From the NCBI RefSeq assembly GCF_004010195.1, contig NC_057720.1, forward strand, positions 33,480,944 through 33,544,943: a DNA stretch of 64,000 nucleotides, read 5' to 3'. This document shows, in pieces, positions 11,130 through 25,354 of this stretch; within the stretch, counting starts at the first letter, position 1; each line of letters starts with the position of its first letter. A program made the translations under genes and the position numbers. The notes under the pieces are model-generated. The model did not search any database. It worked only from the letters and a program-made list of their open reading frames with translations, and had not been told where the DNA came from. Origin of the DNA: Chiloscyllium plagiosum (lineage: Eukaryota).

Positions 11130-11780
11130 TTAATTTAGATAAATGAGGTGCTGCATTTTTGAAAGGCAAATAGGGGCAGGACACATACGCTTAATGATAA
11201 GGTCTTGGGGAGTATTGCCGAACAGAGACCTTGGGGATCAGAATCATAGTTCCTTGAAAGTGGAGTTGCATGTAGACACTGTAGTGAAGGAGGCATTTGG
11301 TGTACTTGCCTTTATTGGTCAGTGCATTGAGTTGGGAGGTTATGTTTTAGCCATACAGGACATTGGTTTGGCCACTTTTGGAATACTGCATTCACTTCTG
11401 GCTCCCTCCTGTAGGAAAGATGTTGTGAAACTTGAAAGGGTTTAGAGAAGACTGACAAGGATGTTGCCAGGGTTGGAGGGTTTGAGCTATAGGGAGATGA
11501 TGAATAGGCTCATGCTATTTTTTTTCCGTTGAGGCTGATGGGTGACTTTATAGAGGTTTATAAAATCATGAGGTGCATCAAAAGGGTGAATGGTCAATGT
11601 CTTTCCCCAGTGTATGGGGAGTCCAAAACTACATGGCATAGGTTTAAGGTGAGGGGAAAGATTTTAAAAGGGACCTAAGGGGCAACATTTCATGCCAGAA
11701 GGTGGTGCAAATGTGAAATGAATTACCAGACGAGGTGGTGGAGGCTTAGTAGTTTTACAAGATTTAAAAGGCATTTGATT
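11130..11780 (+). mobile_element. CR1 LINE 3' fragment
   Basis: RDLG..HSSLKVE and RKDVVKLERV motifs. Confidence 0.85.
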
Positions 11781-11912
11781 CCTTGCTGTACATTTCTGAC
11801 TCAAATCGGTTAGATCAAAGGGGAATCTAAAAGATCTCAGAATAGGTTTTGATAAAACAAGTAGGAAGACTTTGTTTGCTCTGAAGATTGAGTCAGTTAC
11901 AAGAGGTTGTAG

Positions 11913-12508
11913 TGTGATGATATGTGCCTTTAAAAGAGATTTGCTCAGCTTGTCCCTCTTAAAGAGGAATGTTATAAATTTGGTGCTGAAGTGTCTGCTC
12001 CAGGAAAAACAGGGTAAATAGCTTTTGGGTTTAGTCAAAATTAGACAAAGGAAGCATGAGTGGGTGGAGTCAACCTCTCACAGACCCTAATGTTTTACTT
12101 TTGCTTTCAGTTGTTGAAGTTGGGTTTTTGGAGTGAAAGGTGCTACATACAGCTCTCTGCTGCTCAAGAAATTTGACTTCTCTCAGCTAATTCATTCAAT
12201 GTGTTTTGCCTTTCCCTTGGACTGAGGGAGATAGCAAGTAAGGGAAATCTGTTTATCTGAACTTGTCTATGCCAATGGTGTGTTTGTGATGCTGCTATAT
12301 TGGGACAGTTGGTGAGTAATGAGGTGTTTTGGGAGAGTTAGTTATACCAATTTTCTATTGTATTTTAACTGTAGTGTAAGAGTAAGGTGTGTTTTGCTAA
12401 GAATAAGGTGTTTTGCTTAAAGCCTACAGGTGCAACCAATAGAATTACATTTGGAATGCAGCATCTTACAGTTGCATTTATACAAGATATGCATAAAGGT
12501 CCGTAATA
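11913..12508 (+). mobile_element. Possible solo LTR inserted in an old CR1 3' remnant
   Basis: About 600-bp non-coding insert starting TG and ending ...CGTAATA, interrupting CR1-like sequence. TSD is poorly preserved. Confidence 0.35.
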
Positions 12509-12805
12509 CGAGATTTAGTATGACTGACAAAATTGCTAGGGCAGACATCAATTTCATTTCATACAGGCTTGTTACAATGGAATTTGTTTTTTAAGAGAAC
12601 TAATGTGCAGAGTTCTGGGGAGAAAGCCAGTATGTTGGCTAATGTTGGAGAATTCTTTGGAAAGGTTAAGTCTAAATGTTGAATGGCCTCCTGTAAAGCA
12701 TGACTGTTGATCCTTTTAAACTAATCCATAATTGCTATCAATCAAGATTATAGACAAGTAAAAGAACAATGAAGGTATTTTGCTGGTGAGACACTAATCT
12801 CATCT

Positions 12806-13230
12806 AAAAACTGAAAGGACTGCGGATGCTATGAATCAGAAACAATAACAGGAGTTGCTGGAAAAGCTCAGCAGGTCTGGCAGCATCTGTAAAGACAAAT
12901 TGATTAGATTAGATAACTTACAGTGTGGAAACAGGCCCTTCGGCCCAACAAGTCCACACCAACACTCCAAAGAGCAACCCACCCAGACTCATTCCCTTAC
13001 TTTTATGGGCAATTTAGCATGGCCAATTCACCAAACCTGCACATTTTTGGACTGTGGGAGGAAACTGGAGGAAACCCACGCAGAAACGGGGAGAATGTGC
13101 AAACTCCACACACAGTTGCCTGAGGCGGGAATTGAACCCAGGTCTCTGGCGCAGTGAGGTAGCAGTGCTAACCACTGTGCCACCCACTAAATTAGATGAC
13201 GTTTCCAGTCCAGTGACTCTTCCTCCGAAC
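12806..13230 (-). mobile_element. HHR-bearing mini-element interrupted by an HE1-like SINE (about 12905-13187, -)
   Basis: Mini-element tail at 12806-12895 and decayed HHR at 13198-13230, with the SINE reverse complement between them. Confidence 0.75.
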
Positions 13231-14924
13231 TAATATCATTTGCTCAACATTTATTTGGTGTAGTTTTCCTATCATATCCACTGGTTCTAAATTTTGCAGT
13301 ATTCTTGATAACGCCTGCAGTAAAAATGGATCTTTTCCTGTAGGATCTTAAACTCCTGACGAAACATCTCTTCACAGGAAATTATGCCATAACCTTTGCT
13401 TTAAATAGTTCAAGTACTTTAATCTAATTCGTTATTTGAGGAGTTGAGCAATGTGCAAGTGCTGGAGCTCAATATTAGCAAACTATGCACATTCAGTGGT
13501 TGGTAAATCTTGTTCATTCAGTGATAGATTGTCCCCTCCCAGTAGAAAAGAAAACAAAAATAATTTATGATATCCTTTATGACCTTGCAAAGTGTGTTGC
13601 AGACAGTTAAATACTTTTAACCTACATTCACTATTGCATTATTGTAGACATGGCACCCAATGTGGATGCAGCAAGATTCCGTAATTATTCATGGTTTAAC
13701 AACCAGATGATTTTATAATGATTAATGAGAGTTTATTATTGAGCAGGCACCAGGGCGAAGCACCCTGCATTTTGAACTAGTGCTACTGAATCCTTTATGC
13801 CCACCCAACATTACACAGCACCTTCATTTAATGTCACACCTGAAAGAGTACCTTAAGCTCGGTACGTCAGTGGAATATCAGCTTAAGCTTTATATTCAAA
13901 TTTCTGGAGTGGGACATGAACCCACAACTTTGAGACTCTGGCAGCTGAACTGTAACTTGAAGAAAAGAAGAATCTTTAGGAGAAGGCTCTCAGTTCCTCT
14001 TCTCAGTTTCCTTTCAGAGCTATCCCCACAGTGCTCATCCACTCAATTTTCTTGTTTGCTTAGCTGTTACAATTTCATGTTGCACTTGGATTTATGTAGT
14101 CGCATTCATAGTGTCCGGACATCCCAAAGTCAGTAAAGTTTTTAAGTGTATCACTGTTGTAACAGGGCAACACGGCATTCATATTATACAGTGCGGCATT
14201 GAGATTAATGCCTATCTGATTTGTTTCAATGAATTAGGTTGAAGGATAAATATCAGGGAAATTGGGAGAGTTAACTTGTGCTTCTTTGAGCGAGGCAAAG
14301 GCAGAGACTGACCTTGTTTAGTATCTCATTCAAAAACAATATATTCAACAATATGACAGTCTCTGTACTTAAGTACAATGTAGCTGGTACATGCTGAAGT
14401 AAAGTTGTTACAGGATTTTGGTTTATGTATTGTTGGCAAAATTTTTTTTAGTTAGAACCAGAAAGAAGAGCAATGCCTAATTAACAATCCTTATGTTTGA
14501 AGCCCAGTGTTATTTCTGTATGTAGCTATGAGCTGATATTTTAAATTGGCTAACTTTAGTAATTGCTAAGTGTGAAATGTTTAGTAGTTCCCAAAGAAAT
14601 CTGAACCAGTATAATGACTAATCTGTCCTTTGACATTTTAAGTAAACTCTTGCTTAGAAGAACAAACTTTAGTAGTTCTGAGTATTGTCTTTTATCTGGG
14701 TTAACTGTTGCCTGTTTGGATCAGATCCAAACAAATACTCCAAGAATTATATGAATTCAACTACTGACTTGCATTTTGTGACCTTCACTGGGCCTGAATC
14801 AAGATCCAAGTTAAGGAGCTTATTCTTTTTTTCAGTTTTAAAGTAAATGGGTAGCGTCTACCCCATGTAATGGAGTGGTTGAATAATTCTGTAGGAGACA
14901 GTAAGGTCTATAGATGCTAACAAT

Positions 14925-15135
14925 CAGATTAGAGAGTGTGATGCTGGAAAAGCACAGCAGGTCAGGCAGCATCCGAGAAGCAGGAAAATCGACGTTTCGG
15001 GCTGAAGCCCTTCATCAGGAAAGAGGCTGGGAGTAGTGAGATAAATGGGAGGGGTGGGGCTGGGGCGAAGGTAGCTGAGTGTCTGCTTGAGGATGTGGCT
15101 GAAGAGCTTCAGGGCAGAGGAGAAGAGGACTTGGG
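14925..15135 (-). mobile_element. HHR family C element with extra upstream sequence (possibly from a parent PLE); intact HHR core at 14991-15018
   Basis: Reverse complement reads CUGAUGA A GGGC UUCA GCCC GAAACGUC, preceded by a C-rich segment and an ORF-like segment (ALKLFSHILKQT). Confidence 0.7.
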
Positions 15136-15610
15136 GAGTATCTGATTCGAAATGTGCAAAATTCTAATTTTAAGTTGAGTTTAAGCTCAAAATATCTTTG
15201 GTCATGACCAATATGAGAATGTACATTCAAATGGAGAGAAGTTAATTGTCACGTGTAATTCATCTCAATCTGACATGAACTTTATTCTTGTCAATATACA
15301 GTTTAAAGTTCTGAATCCATTACCGGGCTTCAGTTTATGATTTAATTGAAGATATGAAGAGAATTCTGCATTAGCTGTCTTTATGGGGTAAAGAGTGCTA
15401 ATGAGGAAACTGTCTTCTCATTACAGTCTCCAAGATAACACTGAAGTGTTTTGTCACATTGAACTTGAAAAGCCTCTTGTGTATTGAATTACAATTGCCC
15501 CAAATGGATCTGACATTTCTGGAGAGTTAGACATGAAATTTTCTGAAAACGTGAAATTTTGGAAAACTTTTAATTGTTCTCAAATGCAACTTTGTTTTTT
15601 TCTATTCCAG

Positions 15611-15659
15611 GCATTTGTTACACAATATTTGACTTAGGATTTCGCTTTGATATAGGATG
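15611..15659 (+). CDS. ATP6V0B: ATP6V0B exon 2 (49 nt): (G)ICYTIFDLGFRFDIG(W)
   Basis: Polypyrimidine tract + TTCCAG acceptor, GTAAGT donor, phase-compatible with exons 1 and 3. Confidence 0.96.
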
Positions 15660-18600
15660 GTAAGTTATTTTAAAGGAAAAGTGAAATTCTTGTTTCTAGC
15701 ACTTTTTTAACTTGTTGCAACAATCCAACCAGCTTGGAAATGCTTATACTAATCAAAGGTAACTTTCAGAAAACTTATGGTAGTCGATCAATTGCTAGTA
15801 ATTTGGTTACACTCTAAATTGAATATTAGTGTGTGCAAATTTATAAGGGCATGCACTTATTTGGGCTTATCCTGTATTCTGGCAATGTCTTTCAGACCAT
15901 AACCATTCACGACAAAAATTATAATCTTTGCATCACCTTTTATCCTTTTACCAGCTGCCATTTCCTCTGGTTCCCAGCCCTTCCTCCCTCCAATGGGAAC
16001 AATTTCTCTTGTTATTGTCTAGACACTTCACAATTTTGAAGACTTTGATCAAGTCTCCTTCTACCTCCTTTTGTAGAATGACCCCAGCTTTTTTCCAATT
16101 TATACCTATAACTGAAGTTCCTCATAAATATTTTCTCACCATCTAAAATTTTCACATTCTTCCCAAAGTGTGGCACCCGTCTGGCTGAACCAGCCTTTTA
16201 TCAAAAGCTCATAAGAATTTCTTTGTAAGGTTTTATAAATTGAGACAAAAAGCAACTCTGTTGTTGCATGCAGTTGTTACTAGGACAGCTTGCTAGGAAC
16301 TTGATGTGAAAATTACGCTGTCTAGCTTTTGTTCCATTTTATTTTGCTTTTGTATGCCAGGAATTAGCACATCCAAATCCTATACTGATCAGTACCTTGC
16401 TTTGAAAAGTGCTGATGACACTCCTTAGACTTTAAAATTTTCTCCATAAAATTCTATGTTTGTCTGCCTCTTCCTTTTAGACCTTTCTAAAACCTACCCC
16501 TTAGAAAAAAACATTTTTCATCTCTTCCAAAACTCCTATTTTACCATAGTGACAGTTCTTGGCTGTACTCCTGAAACATCATAGAATATTTTTGTATGTT
16601 CATTTTGCAAGATCCTGATGCAGTGTAGTCTTTGGTTTGGAATTTCTGGATCAAGATTTGCTGACATAAAAAATATTAAATTTCAAAGTGGTGTTTTTGT
16701 CTCATAGCTTTTGAATAGTAAAACCAAGTTACTAAATCACATGTAGAAATTGAATCTTGATAATAAATAGGAAGCTTCTGCAAACTCCCATTACTTGTAA
16801 GAATATTTGGATAAGTGTCAAGAGGATTGAATTTTTGTGAACCCATCATGTGAGCTTTGCCTGATATTGCATTTGAGGGATCTGCCTGATCCTAAAATTC
16901 CAGAGATAGGTGCGGTTTGCAAGTGTTTCTTTTTAATATGCTGGCCTCTTCTGGCTGCTGCTTCCTCATTGTTCTGACGCGCCTTGTGAATTCTATATGT
17001 TAATATTTAGATTTCTGTGCCCATGTTTTTTTCCTAAACATTTTGGATGAGATTTGAATAAGTAGAAGTTTAGTGTATCACTTGAATCATGACTGTTGAT
17101 GCATGAAGTCTGGGTAAGAGCAGAGACAAAAGTTGGAAATGAGAACAAGCATGAACAAGGGAGACAATAAATTGCAGAAATGATTGGCTGGTTAACATGA
17201 GCAAAGACAACTACAAATGCATCCTTGTGGATCTGAGTAGGACCCATATCCTGATAAATCAAAAAGCAGAGTACTATGGATGCTGGAAGTTTGAAATAAA
17301 AGCAGGAGTTATTGGCAAATCTCAGCACATCACACAGCATTCAGGGAATGAAGCAATCAATACTTCAAGAACTTTCTGCAAAGTTCAACTTGTTTTGTGG
17401 AATGGAGGATGGATTAGGTAAGAGATGTTGCTCCATATCAAATATTTGTAACCTCTTTCTCATAAACTTACGAAAAAATTTTGTATAGAAGGAAGAAAAT
17501 CGTGGATTAAAGGAGCAGCCATCAAATCACATGAAAATTGGGCAAGATTTCTAAAAACTTAATCAAGAGGAGTTTAAAAAGTAGAGTGAAATAGAAGACT
17601 GGTTGATTTAGTTAGGGCATTTCATCGAGGTGGGTTGAGGTCGTGTAGCCTTCAGCTGTTGTAGATTGGAAAGGAATAAACCACAATTATGCAATGAAGG
17701 AAGTATTCACTTGGATTGTTCAGGACATGGAATACTATTAATGAAATGAGAGAGTACTGTTTTTCTGCATTGAAGTACTGATTTGCATACATTTTAAGCA
17801 AGTGATTGTAGGAATGATCACTTCCATTAAAGCAAAAAAATAGATATGGTTAAAACTAATGCTGGGACATAGAGAGAAAAATCAAGAAGGAGGAGAAACC
17901 AAACTTGGTATACATTTTAATGAAAAAAAACAAAAGAACTGTGGATGCTAGAAATCAAAAACAGGAGTTGTTCGTAAAACTCAGCAGTCTGGCAGCATCT
18001 GTATGTGGAAATCTGAGTTAATGGTGTTTTGAAGAAGGGTCACTGAACCCGTAACAGTAACTCTGCTTTCTCTCTACAGATGCTGCCAGACTGGAGTTTT
18101 TTCAGCAATTTCTATTTTTTTTGCTTTTGAATATATTTTAGTCTGTTTCATTAATCTTTGTGATGTCAGGCTAATCAGCTTTGACAATAATGTAAAAAAA
18201 GTTTAATCTTTTTTTCTTAGAGAATTAAGAATTAAACACAAGTGGATGTTTTTATTAGGTTTTATACATCTTCCTCCAGCTCATAATAAAGCATTTGTAA
18301 CTTTTGTGTGGTTTGGAGTTTTATGAACCAGAAAACTCCAAACCACAGGGAATGGGGGCTTTGCATTGATAGTGAGAAAAAAAGGAAATGGTGATAAATG
18401 AGTATGCCATGTATTTGAATGCAATCAGGAGACTCAGTAATTTTCTCCATCTCCCCTTCCTTTGCCCACAATGTCTGAAAGACTAATGAATGCTTGTTTA
18501 TTTAAGTAAGACAGGAAAAGTTTGAGGAGGGCGAAGTACCCCAGAATTGTTAAAGCAGTTTTGGTATTATTAAGAAATTATGTCAAGTCATCACGGATCA

Positions 18601-20000
18601 TCTGTTAGAAACAATATTAATTATTGAATTAAAGGTTGCTTCAAGGGGTGAAATTCAGTTATTTTTGACTTCAAATGCAATACCAAGGACTGCAGTTCAT
18701 TTGATGGGTGATTAAGACTTTATATTCAGCTTTAAAGAAAATAAATTGCTGTTGAGCATTGAACATGTCCAAATCTTGAATTGTCTGTATATCACAGCTG
18801 CTTCCAGGGACAGTATGTGGCCTGATTTCTGCAGTAGAATCTTGTTTTAATCTTGTCTCGTGTTGATGTAAATTTTACTGTTGTTTTTAGTTAAAATATT
18901 TGCTGAACAATGACCTTGTAAATTGGGTAGTTGTATAAAAAATGGTGCAAATTGGATTCTAAGTATTCTAGATTATTACTTTATTACAGAAATAGCTTTT
19001 TGTTAATGCATTTAAAGCTGCTCATTTTGCCCATACTGTGCAATCACCCCATGCAGCAAAAACGGTTTGCGCTGTTGGATTGTGGAAGCATGTTTTTAGG
19101 TGTATAAAGATGTAGGCTCTTATTGTTGTCTTGCTTTAATGTCATCTCGCTGTTGGTATGTTATATTTGTAAATCTATATATTTCCTGGATTTTGCAACA
19201 GTAAAGGCAGTGAACTTAACCGCAACTTCTGGAATCTCTACATGTGCTGTTAAGCACAGAAATCCAAATGTTGCAGTCAGTGATTCTATGCTTCTCCAGA
19301 CTGCCTGCTTTTGAAATCCATCCTAGAATGCAGCCTCTTAAAAATTATTTAACTGATGAGAGGTTTAAACTATTCTTTTTCTCTCTGTAAAAGTCCTTAA
19401 AATATTGCACCTTGTAAAGGTTTGACTATGTTTTTAACCATGTGGTAATTTAATAACCAAACACCTCACTGGCCCTTCAAGTTTTGTATTCATTGAATGT
19501 CACTTGAAATTTAAAAAAATTCCACATTTTAAAAATGTTAATGGGATTTTAGCTCTCATAATATCTTATGACCCAGTAACTTTATGTGAAAATTTTGGTG
19601 AATTAAGTCTTGATTTTGGGTTTCTACTTTTTTGTCTATGAGACTACATTGTGACTGGCTACTTATCTTGCTTGTTGATGTCACTGTTGGATTCCTTTTG
19701 GCAGATTCAGTCTAACTTTTTGGTAAAACAGAAATCTACTTCGCAGTAGATATTTGTAGAATTTTTTTTCAGAACGATTGGTACTGATTTATTGCTTACA
19801 GTAAAATCATTTATTTTATGATCTTGATATGCTCCATCTTCAAAAGAGATGGGAAACAGGGACAAGTATTGAAATGAATATCTTGGGCATTGTTTTGCAT
19901 GACCTTTTGCATGTAGGCATCCTTGGATTAATATTGGTAGTTTCTTTTCAACTCAAACATTTTAAAAGTTTGTACGTATACTTGATACTTTAAGCAATGA

Positions 20001-20135
<135 letters not shown>

Positions 20136-20649
20136 TAAGAGCTTTCTTTGATAGATTTCATAGATTTGACCAGGATTGCCGCACATCATTGTGCTGATGA
20201 ATCGAAGTGTAATAATTATTGTACCTTAAATCAAAAATCTTGGTTAAACCAAGGTGTTCTGAGGCATGCCTTATTATCAAGATGTCATTTTGTGTACGGG
20301 ATGGTAATTCCTCAGATAACGAAGGTATTCATGTCTGTATGCAGCAGGACTCTGAAAACGGGCTTGGGCTACTAAATGGCATTTAGTATTTGTACTACCC
20401 AACTGGTGAACAATGACTATCTCTAGCCAGAAAGTCGAACCATCTCTCCATAACATTCAATGGCATTGTCGTCTTTGAATTCCTCATCATTTTGATAAGT
20501 GATATGGCTGCTAAACTAGATCAGGGGCCAGGCATTCCTTAATGAATGATGTACCACATGAATTTTCAATGTCTTGGGAATACATTGTCTGTGTATATCC
20601 TATTAGCTGAGGAATGCTAACAGGTCTTTATTGAAAAAGAAAGACATAA

Positions 20650-20757
<108 letters not shown>

Positions 20758-20864
20758 TAATAGTTTTAAAACATCTCTTAACTTGTAAAGTTGCATATGG
20801 TGAACATGATGAAACTGCTTTGTTCTATTTATAAACTCAATTTTACTTTCAAAATAATGAATCT

Positions 20865-21803
20865 AAACTTGATTGAGTTTTTTGATGAAGTAACAAAGAA
20901 GATTGATGAGCAGTAGATGTGATCTATATGGACTTCAGTAAGGCGTTCGACAATGTTCCCCATGGGAGACTGATTAGCAAGGTTAGATCTCATGAAATAG
21001 AGAGAGAACTAGCCATTTGGATACAGAACTGGCTCAAAGGTAGAAGACAGAGAGTGGTGGTGGAGGGTTGTTTTTCAGACCGGAGGCCTGTGACCAGTGG
21101 AGTGGCACAAGGATTGGTGCTGGGTCCTCTACGTTTTGTCATTTACATAAATGATTTGGATGCGAGCATAAGAGGTACAGTTAGTAAGTTTGCAGATGAC
21201 ACCAAAATTGGAGGTGTAGTGGACAGAGAAGAGGGTTACCAACAAAGAGACCTTGGAGTGCAATCCTGGTCTCCTTCCTATCGGAATGTTGTTGTGAAAC
21301 TTGAAAGGGTTCAGAAAAGATTTGCAAGGATGTTGCCAGGGTTGGAGAATTTGAGCTATGGGGAGAGGCTGAACAGGCTGGGACTGTTTTCCCTGGAGCG
21401 TCGGAGGCTGAGGGGTGACCTTATAGAGGTTTACAAAATTATGAGGGGCATGGACAGGATAAATAGACAAAGTCTTTTCCCTGGGGTCGGAAAGTCCAGA
21501 ACAAGAGGGCATAGGTTTAGGGTGAGAGGGGCAAGATATAAGAGACCTGAGGGACAACTTTTTCACAGAGGGTGATACGTGTATGGAATGAGCTGCCAGA
21601 GGATGTGGTGGAGGCTGGTACAATTGCAACATTTAAAAGGCAATTGCAACATTGAAGAGGCATTTGGATGGGTATATGAATAGGAAGGGTTTGGAGGGAT
21701 ATGGGCCGGGTGCTGGCAGGTGGGACTAGATTGGGTTTGGATATCTGGTCGGCATGGACGGGTTGGACCGAAGGGTCTGTTTCCATGCTGTACATCTCTA
21801 TGA
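20865..21803 (+). mobile_element. CR1/HER1-like LINE 3' part with internal deletions (intron 4)
   Basis: ORF 20919..21575 carries RT motifs. Junctions near 21240 and 21262 skip sequence that is present in the 28290-29265 copy. Confidence 0.9.
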
Positions 21804-22491
21804 ACTACTTGCACACCCTTCCTGAAAGGGGACCTGTTTTTACAAGCAATTTGATGGGGGATTTGGTTTTTCAGATTTGCTATATCTTTGTTTTGTAGAG
21901 TATCTATTTACCAGAGTAATACTTGGGAGACTCAGAGGATAAATAATGAATCGTTAAGATTTTGTCTTCATTGGGCTGCTGCTAATGTTGAGCAAGTTAA
22001 TTTTATTGCCATTAGTCTTTTGCAGAGTTTTCAATTCATTGCTGGCATTTGATACACTCTATAGTTTTTCAACTTAAAACATTGGAAATCATCACAATGC
22101 CCTTCATTGTCAGAAAAGTGGAGAAGTTTAATCTTCCAGCTAAACTTTATCAGAATTGGAAGATTAACTTTTTTCATATGGAAAGATAGAACAAGATTGA
22201 TTAAAAATATCTGCTTAATCTACAAGTTCAAATGTATTGTGACATATCTCTGGAACAGGTAGAACTTTAATCCAGTCTTCTCGCACAGAGGCAGATATAG
22301 GTGTGCTGATCTTTGTCACAGAGCCAACTATGATGATGAATAGTGTGTAGTCACTAAAGAGAGCATCAGGAGAGTTGGAGGTGGATCAAAAGAACATAAA
22401 AAAAGATGAGGCTAGTTCAAAGTTTATGAGGAGGTTTGTAGCTCGGGTGCTCGTTGTTGTGGTTCTGTTCGCTGAGCTGGGAATTTGTGTT

Positions 22492-22531
22492 GCAGACGTT
22501 TCGTCCCCTGTCTAGGTGACATCCTCAGTGC
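22492..22531 (-). ncRNA. Minimal type-I hammerhead motif in Penelope pseudo-LTR
   Basis: GCA CUGAGGA U GUCACCU AGAC AGGGGAC GAAACGUC UGC on the minus strand. Confidence 0.7.
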
Positions 22532-22732
22532 TTGGGAGCCACCTGTGAAGCACTTCTGTGATCCTTCCTCCGGCATTTGTAGTAGTTTGACTCTGTTGCT
22601 TCCGGTTGTCAGTTCCAGCTGTCCGTTGCAGTGGCCAGTATATTGGGTCCAGGTCGATGTGCTTATTGATTGAATCGGTGGATGAGTGCCATGCCTCTAG
22701 GAATTCCCTGGCTGTTCTCTGTTTGGCTTGTC

Positions 22733-23725
22733 CTATAAAATTGTAGTGTTGTCCCAGTTGAATTCCTGTCCTCGTGGCTCAATGGAACGAGGACGTTCGG
22801 AAATGCTCTTGATGTATGGTAGTGTGGCTAGCCCTTTGGGTTGTGGCATGTCCTCGTTCCATTGTCTTTCCCTTCGGCATCTGTTGATGAAATTATGTGG
22901 GTATCTGTTTTTGGCGAATACATTGTATAGGTGTTCTTCTTCTTTTTGCAGTTCTGGTGTACTGCAGTGTGTTGTGGCCCTTTTGAATAGTGTCTTGATG
23001 CAACTTCTTTTGTGTGTGTTGGGGTGGTTGCTTTCGTAGTTCAGGACTTGGTCTGTGTGAATAGCTTTCCTGTATACCTTTGTGGTGAATTCTCCGTTCA
23101 GTGTTCTCTGTACCATCACGTCTAGGAATGGGAGTTGGTTGTCCTTTTCTTCCTCTCTAGTGAATCGGATTCCTGTGAGTGTGGCATTTATCATCCGGTG
23201 TGTGTTCTCTATTTCTGTGTTTTTAATGATTACAAAGGTGTCATCCACATATCTGACCCAGAGTTTGGGTTGAATTTGTGTTAAGACTGTTTGTTCTAAG
23301 CTTTGCATTACCGCTTCTGCTATGAGTCCAGAGATGGGTGTGCTGTTGATTTGTTCATATATTTGGTTGTTGAATGTGAAGTGTGTTGTGAGGCACAGGT
23401 CCAGTAGTTTGAGTATGCCGTCTTTGTTGATAGGTTCAACGTCCTGTTGTCTGTTCTGTATGTCCAGCAGGTTGGCTATTGTTGCTCTGGCTAGGGATTT
23501 GTCGATAGAGGTGAACAGTGCCGTTACGTCGAATGAGACCATGGTTTCTTCCTTGTCTATGTGTATATTTCTGATGATGTCCAAGAATTCCTGTGTTGAC
23601 TGTATAGAGTGTCTGGATCCGCTGATCAGGTCTTTCAGTTTCTGCTGTAGTTCTTTAGCCAGTTTGTGTGATGGTGTCCCTGGTAGTGATACTATAGGTC
23701 TGAGTGGGATGTCTGGTTTGTGCAC
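22733..23725 (-). pseudogene. Penelope-type reverse transcriptase (disrupted ORF)
   Basis: HKPDIPLRPIVS, MVSFDVTALFTSI, WVRYVDDTF and LPFLDVMV motifs. Upstream frameshifted segments at 23783-24812. Confidence 0.92.
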
Positions 23726-24727
23726 TTTAGGTAGTCCATAGAATCTGGGGTGGTGTTGCTTTCACGTTTCATTCTTTGGAGGTCAGACCTGGTTATCTGT
23801 CCGTTTTTTTTGTAGGTTCCTCAGTGTGTTGTTTATCCTATTGGTGAGCTGTGGGGTGGGGTCAAACTCCCACTTTTGGTAGGTGTTGGTATCTGCAAGT
23901 AGTTGTGCTTTTTGGATGTACTCTGCTTTGTCAAGGATGACCGTCATTCTGCCTTTGTCTGCTGGTAGTATGATTATGTTCTTATTGTTTCTTAGTGATT
24001 TTAGTGCTTCCCTCTTCTTGGTGTTAAGATTATGTGTTTGTCTTTTCCTTGTTATCAGGGGTACGATACTTTGTCTCACTGTTTGTTGTGTCTCTTCTGT
24101 CAGTCCATTGTTCCTGAGTGTGCATTCTAGTGCTACTGGGAAGTCTGCTGTCTTGGCGTCCCTGTGGTTGTAGTTGAGTCCCTTGGCCAGTATAGTTCTT
24201 TCCGTGTCTGTGGGAGAGGTTTCTAACTCGGGTGTGTGTTGTGGTGTCCTCTCTGTTGTGTGTTAGTTTGGTCATTTTTTCTTTTAGTGCTGTTTTTTTG
24301 CAGTCTGTGGTCCTGTTCTGTCCTATGGTGATGGCCTGTTCTATGGTCCGGGTCCATTCCTGATTGGTGGTTTTTGAAATTAACGATTTTTGGCGCGCAA
24401 TTTCTTGTCTGTATTTGTGAAGTCTGTTGTGTGCGTCTGTAATCATTACCTGGATCATCCTGAATCCATTCTGTCTAGCTGTGTCTCTGGCTTGTGGGTT
24501 GTTGACGGGTGGTCTGTATCTGACACATGGTGGAAGGATTTGATTCTTTCGGCATTCATGCAGGAACCGGAGTTGTTTGTATGTGGCGTTTAGGCGGTTG
24601 GCACAGGGTTCCCATTTCCTGGCTTGTCTTAGCGTCCCTCTCCCGTAGGTGTTCAAAGTTTGAGAGAAGATTTGTAGCTCGGGTGCTCGTTGTTGTGGTT
24701 CTGTTCGCCGAGCTAGGAATTTGTGTT

Positions 24728-24767
24728 GCAGACGTTTCGTCCCCTGTCTAGGTGACATCCTCAGTGC
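24728..24767 (-). ncRNA. Minimal type-I hammerhead motif, second direct copy
   Basis: Identical 40-mer to 22492-22531. Confidence 0.7.
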
Positions 24768-24842
24768 TTGGGAGCCTCCTGTGAAGCACTTCTGTGATCT
24801 TTCCTCCGACATTTATAGTGGTTTGTCTCTGCCGCTTCCGGT

Positions 24843-25065
24843 NNNNNNNNNNNNNNNNNNNNNNNNNNNNNNNNNNNNNNNNNNNNNNNNNNNNNNNNNN
24901 NNNNNNNNNNNNNNNNNNNNNNNNNNNNNNNNNNNNNNNNNNNNNNNNNNNNNNNNNNNNNNNNNNNNNNNNNNNNNNNNNNNNNNNNNNNNNNNNNNNN
25001 NNNNNNNNNNNNNNNNNNNNNNNNNNNNNNNNNNNNNNNNNNNNNNNNNNNNNNNNNNNNNNNNN
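24843..25065. other. Assembly gap (N run) inside the Penelope composite
   Basis: Run of Ns. Confidence 1.
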
Positions 25066-25354
25066 GTGCCATGCCTCTAGGAATTCCCTGGCTGTTCTCT
25101 GTTTGGCTTGTCCTATAATAGTACTGTTGACGGCACACCCATCTCTGGACTCACAGCAGAAGCGGTAATGCAAAGATTAGAACAAAGTCTTACCGCAAAT
25201 TCAACCCAAACTCTGGGTCAGATATGTGGATGACACCTTTGTAATCATTAAAAACACAGAAATAGAGAACACACACCGGCTGATCAAGGCCACACTCACA
25301 GGAATCTGATTCACTAGAGAGGAAGAAAAGGACAACCAACTCCTATTCCTAGAC

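Noticed and set aside
24721..25173. ORFs of 119-141 aa spanning X runs
   Set aside because: They exist only because the N gap contains no stops.
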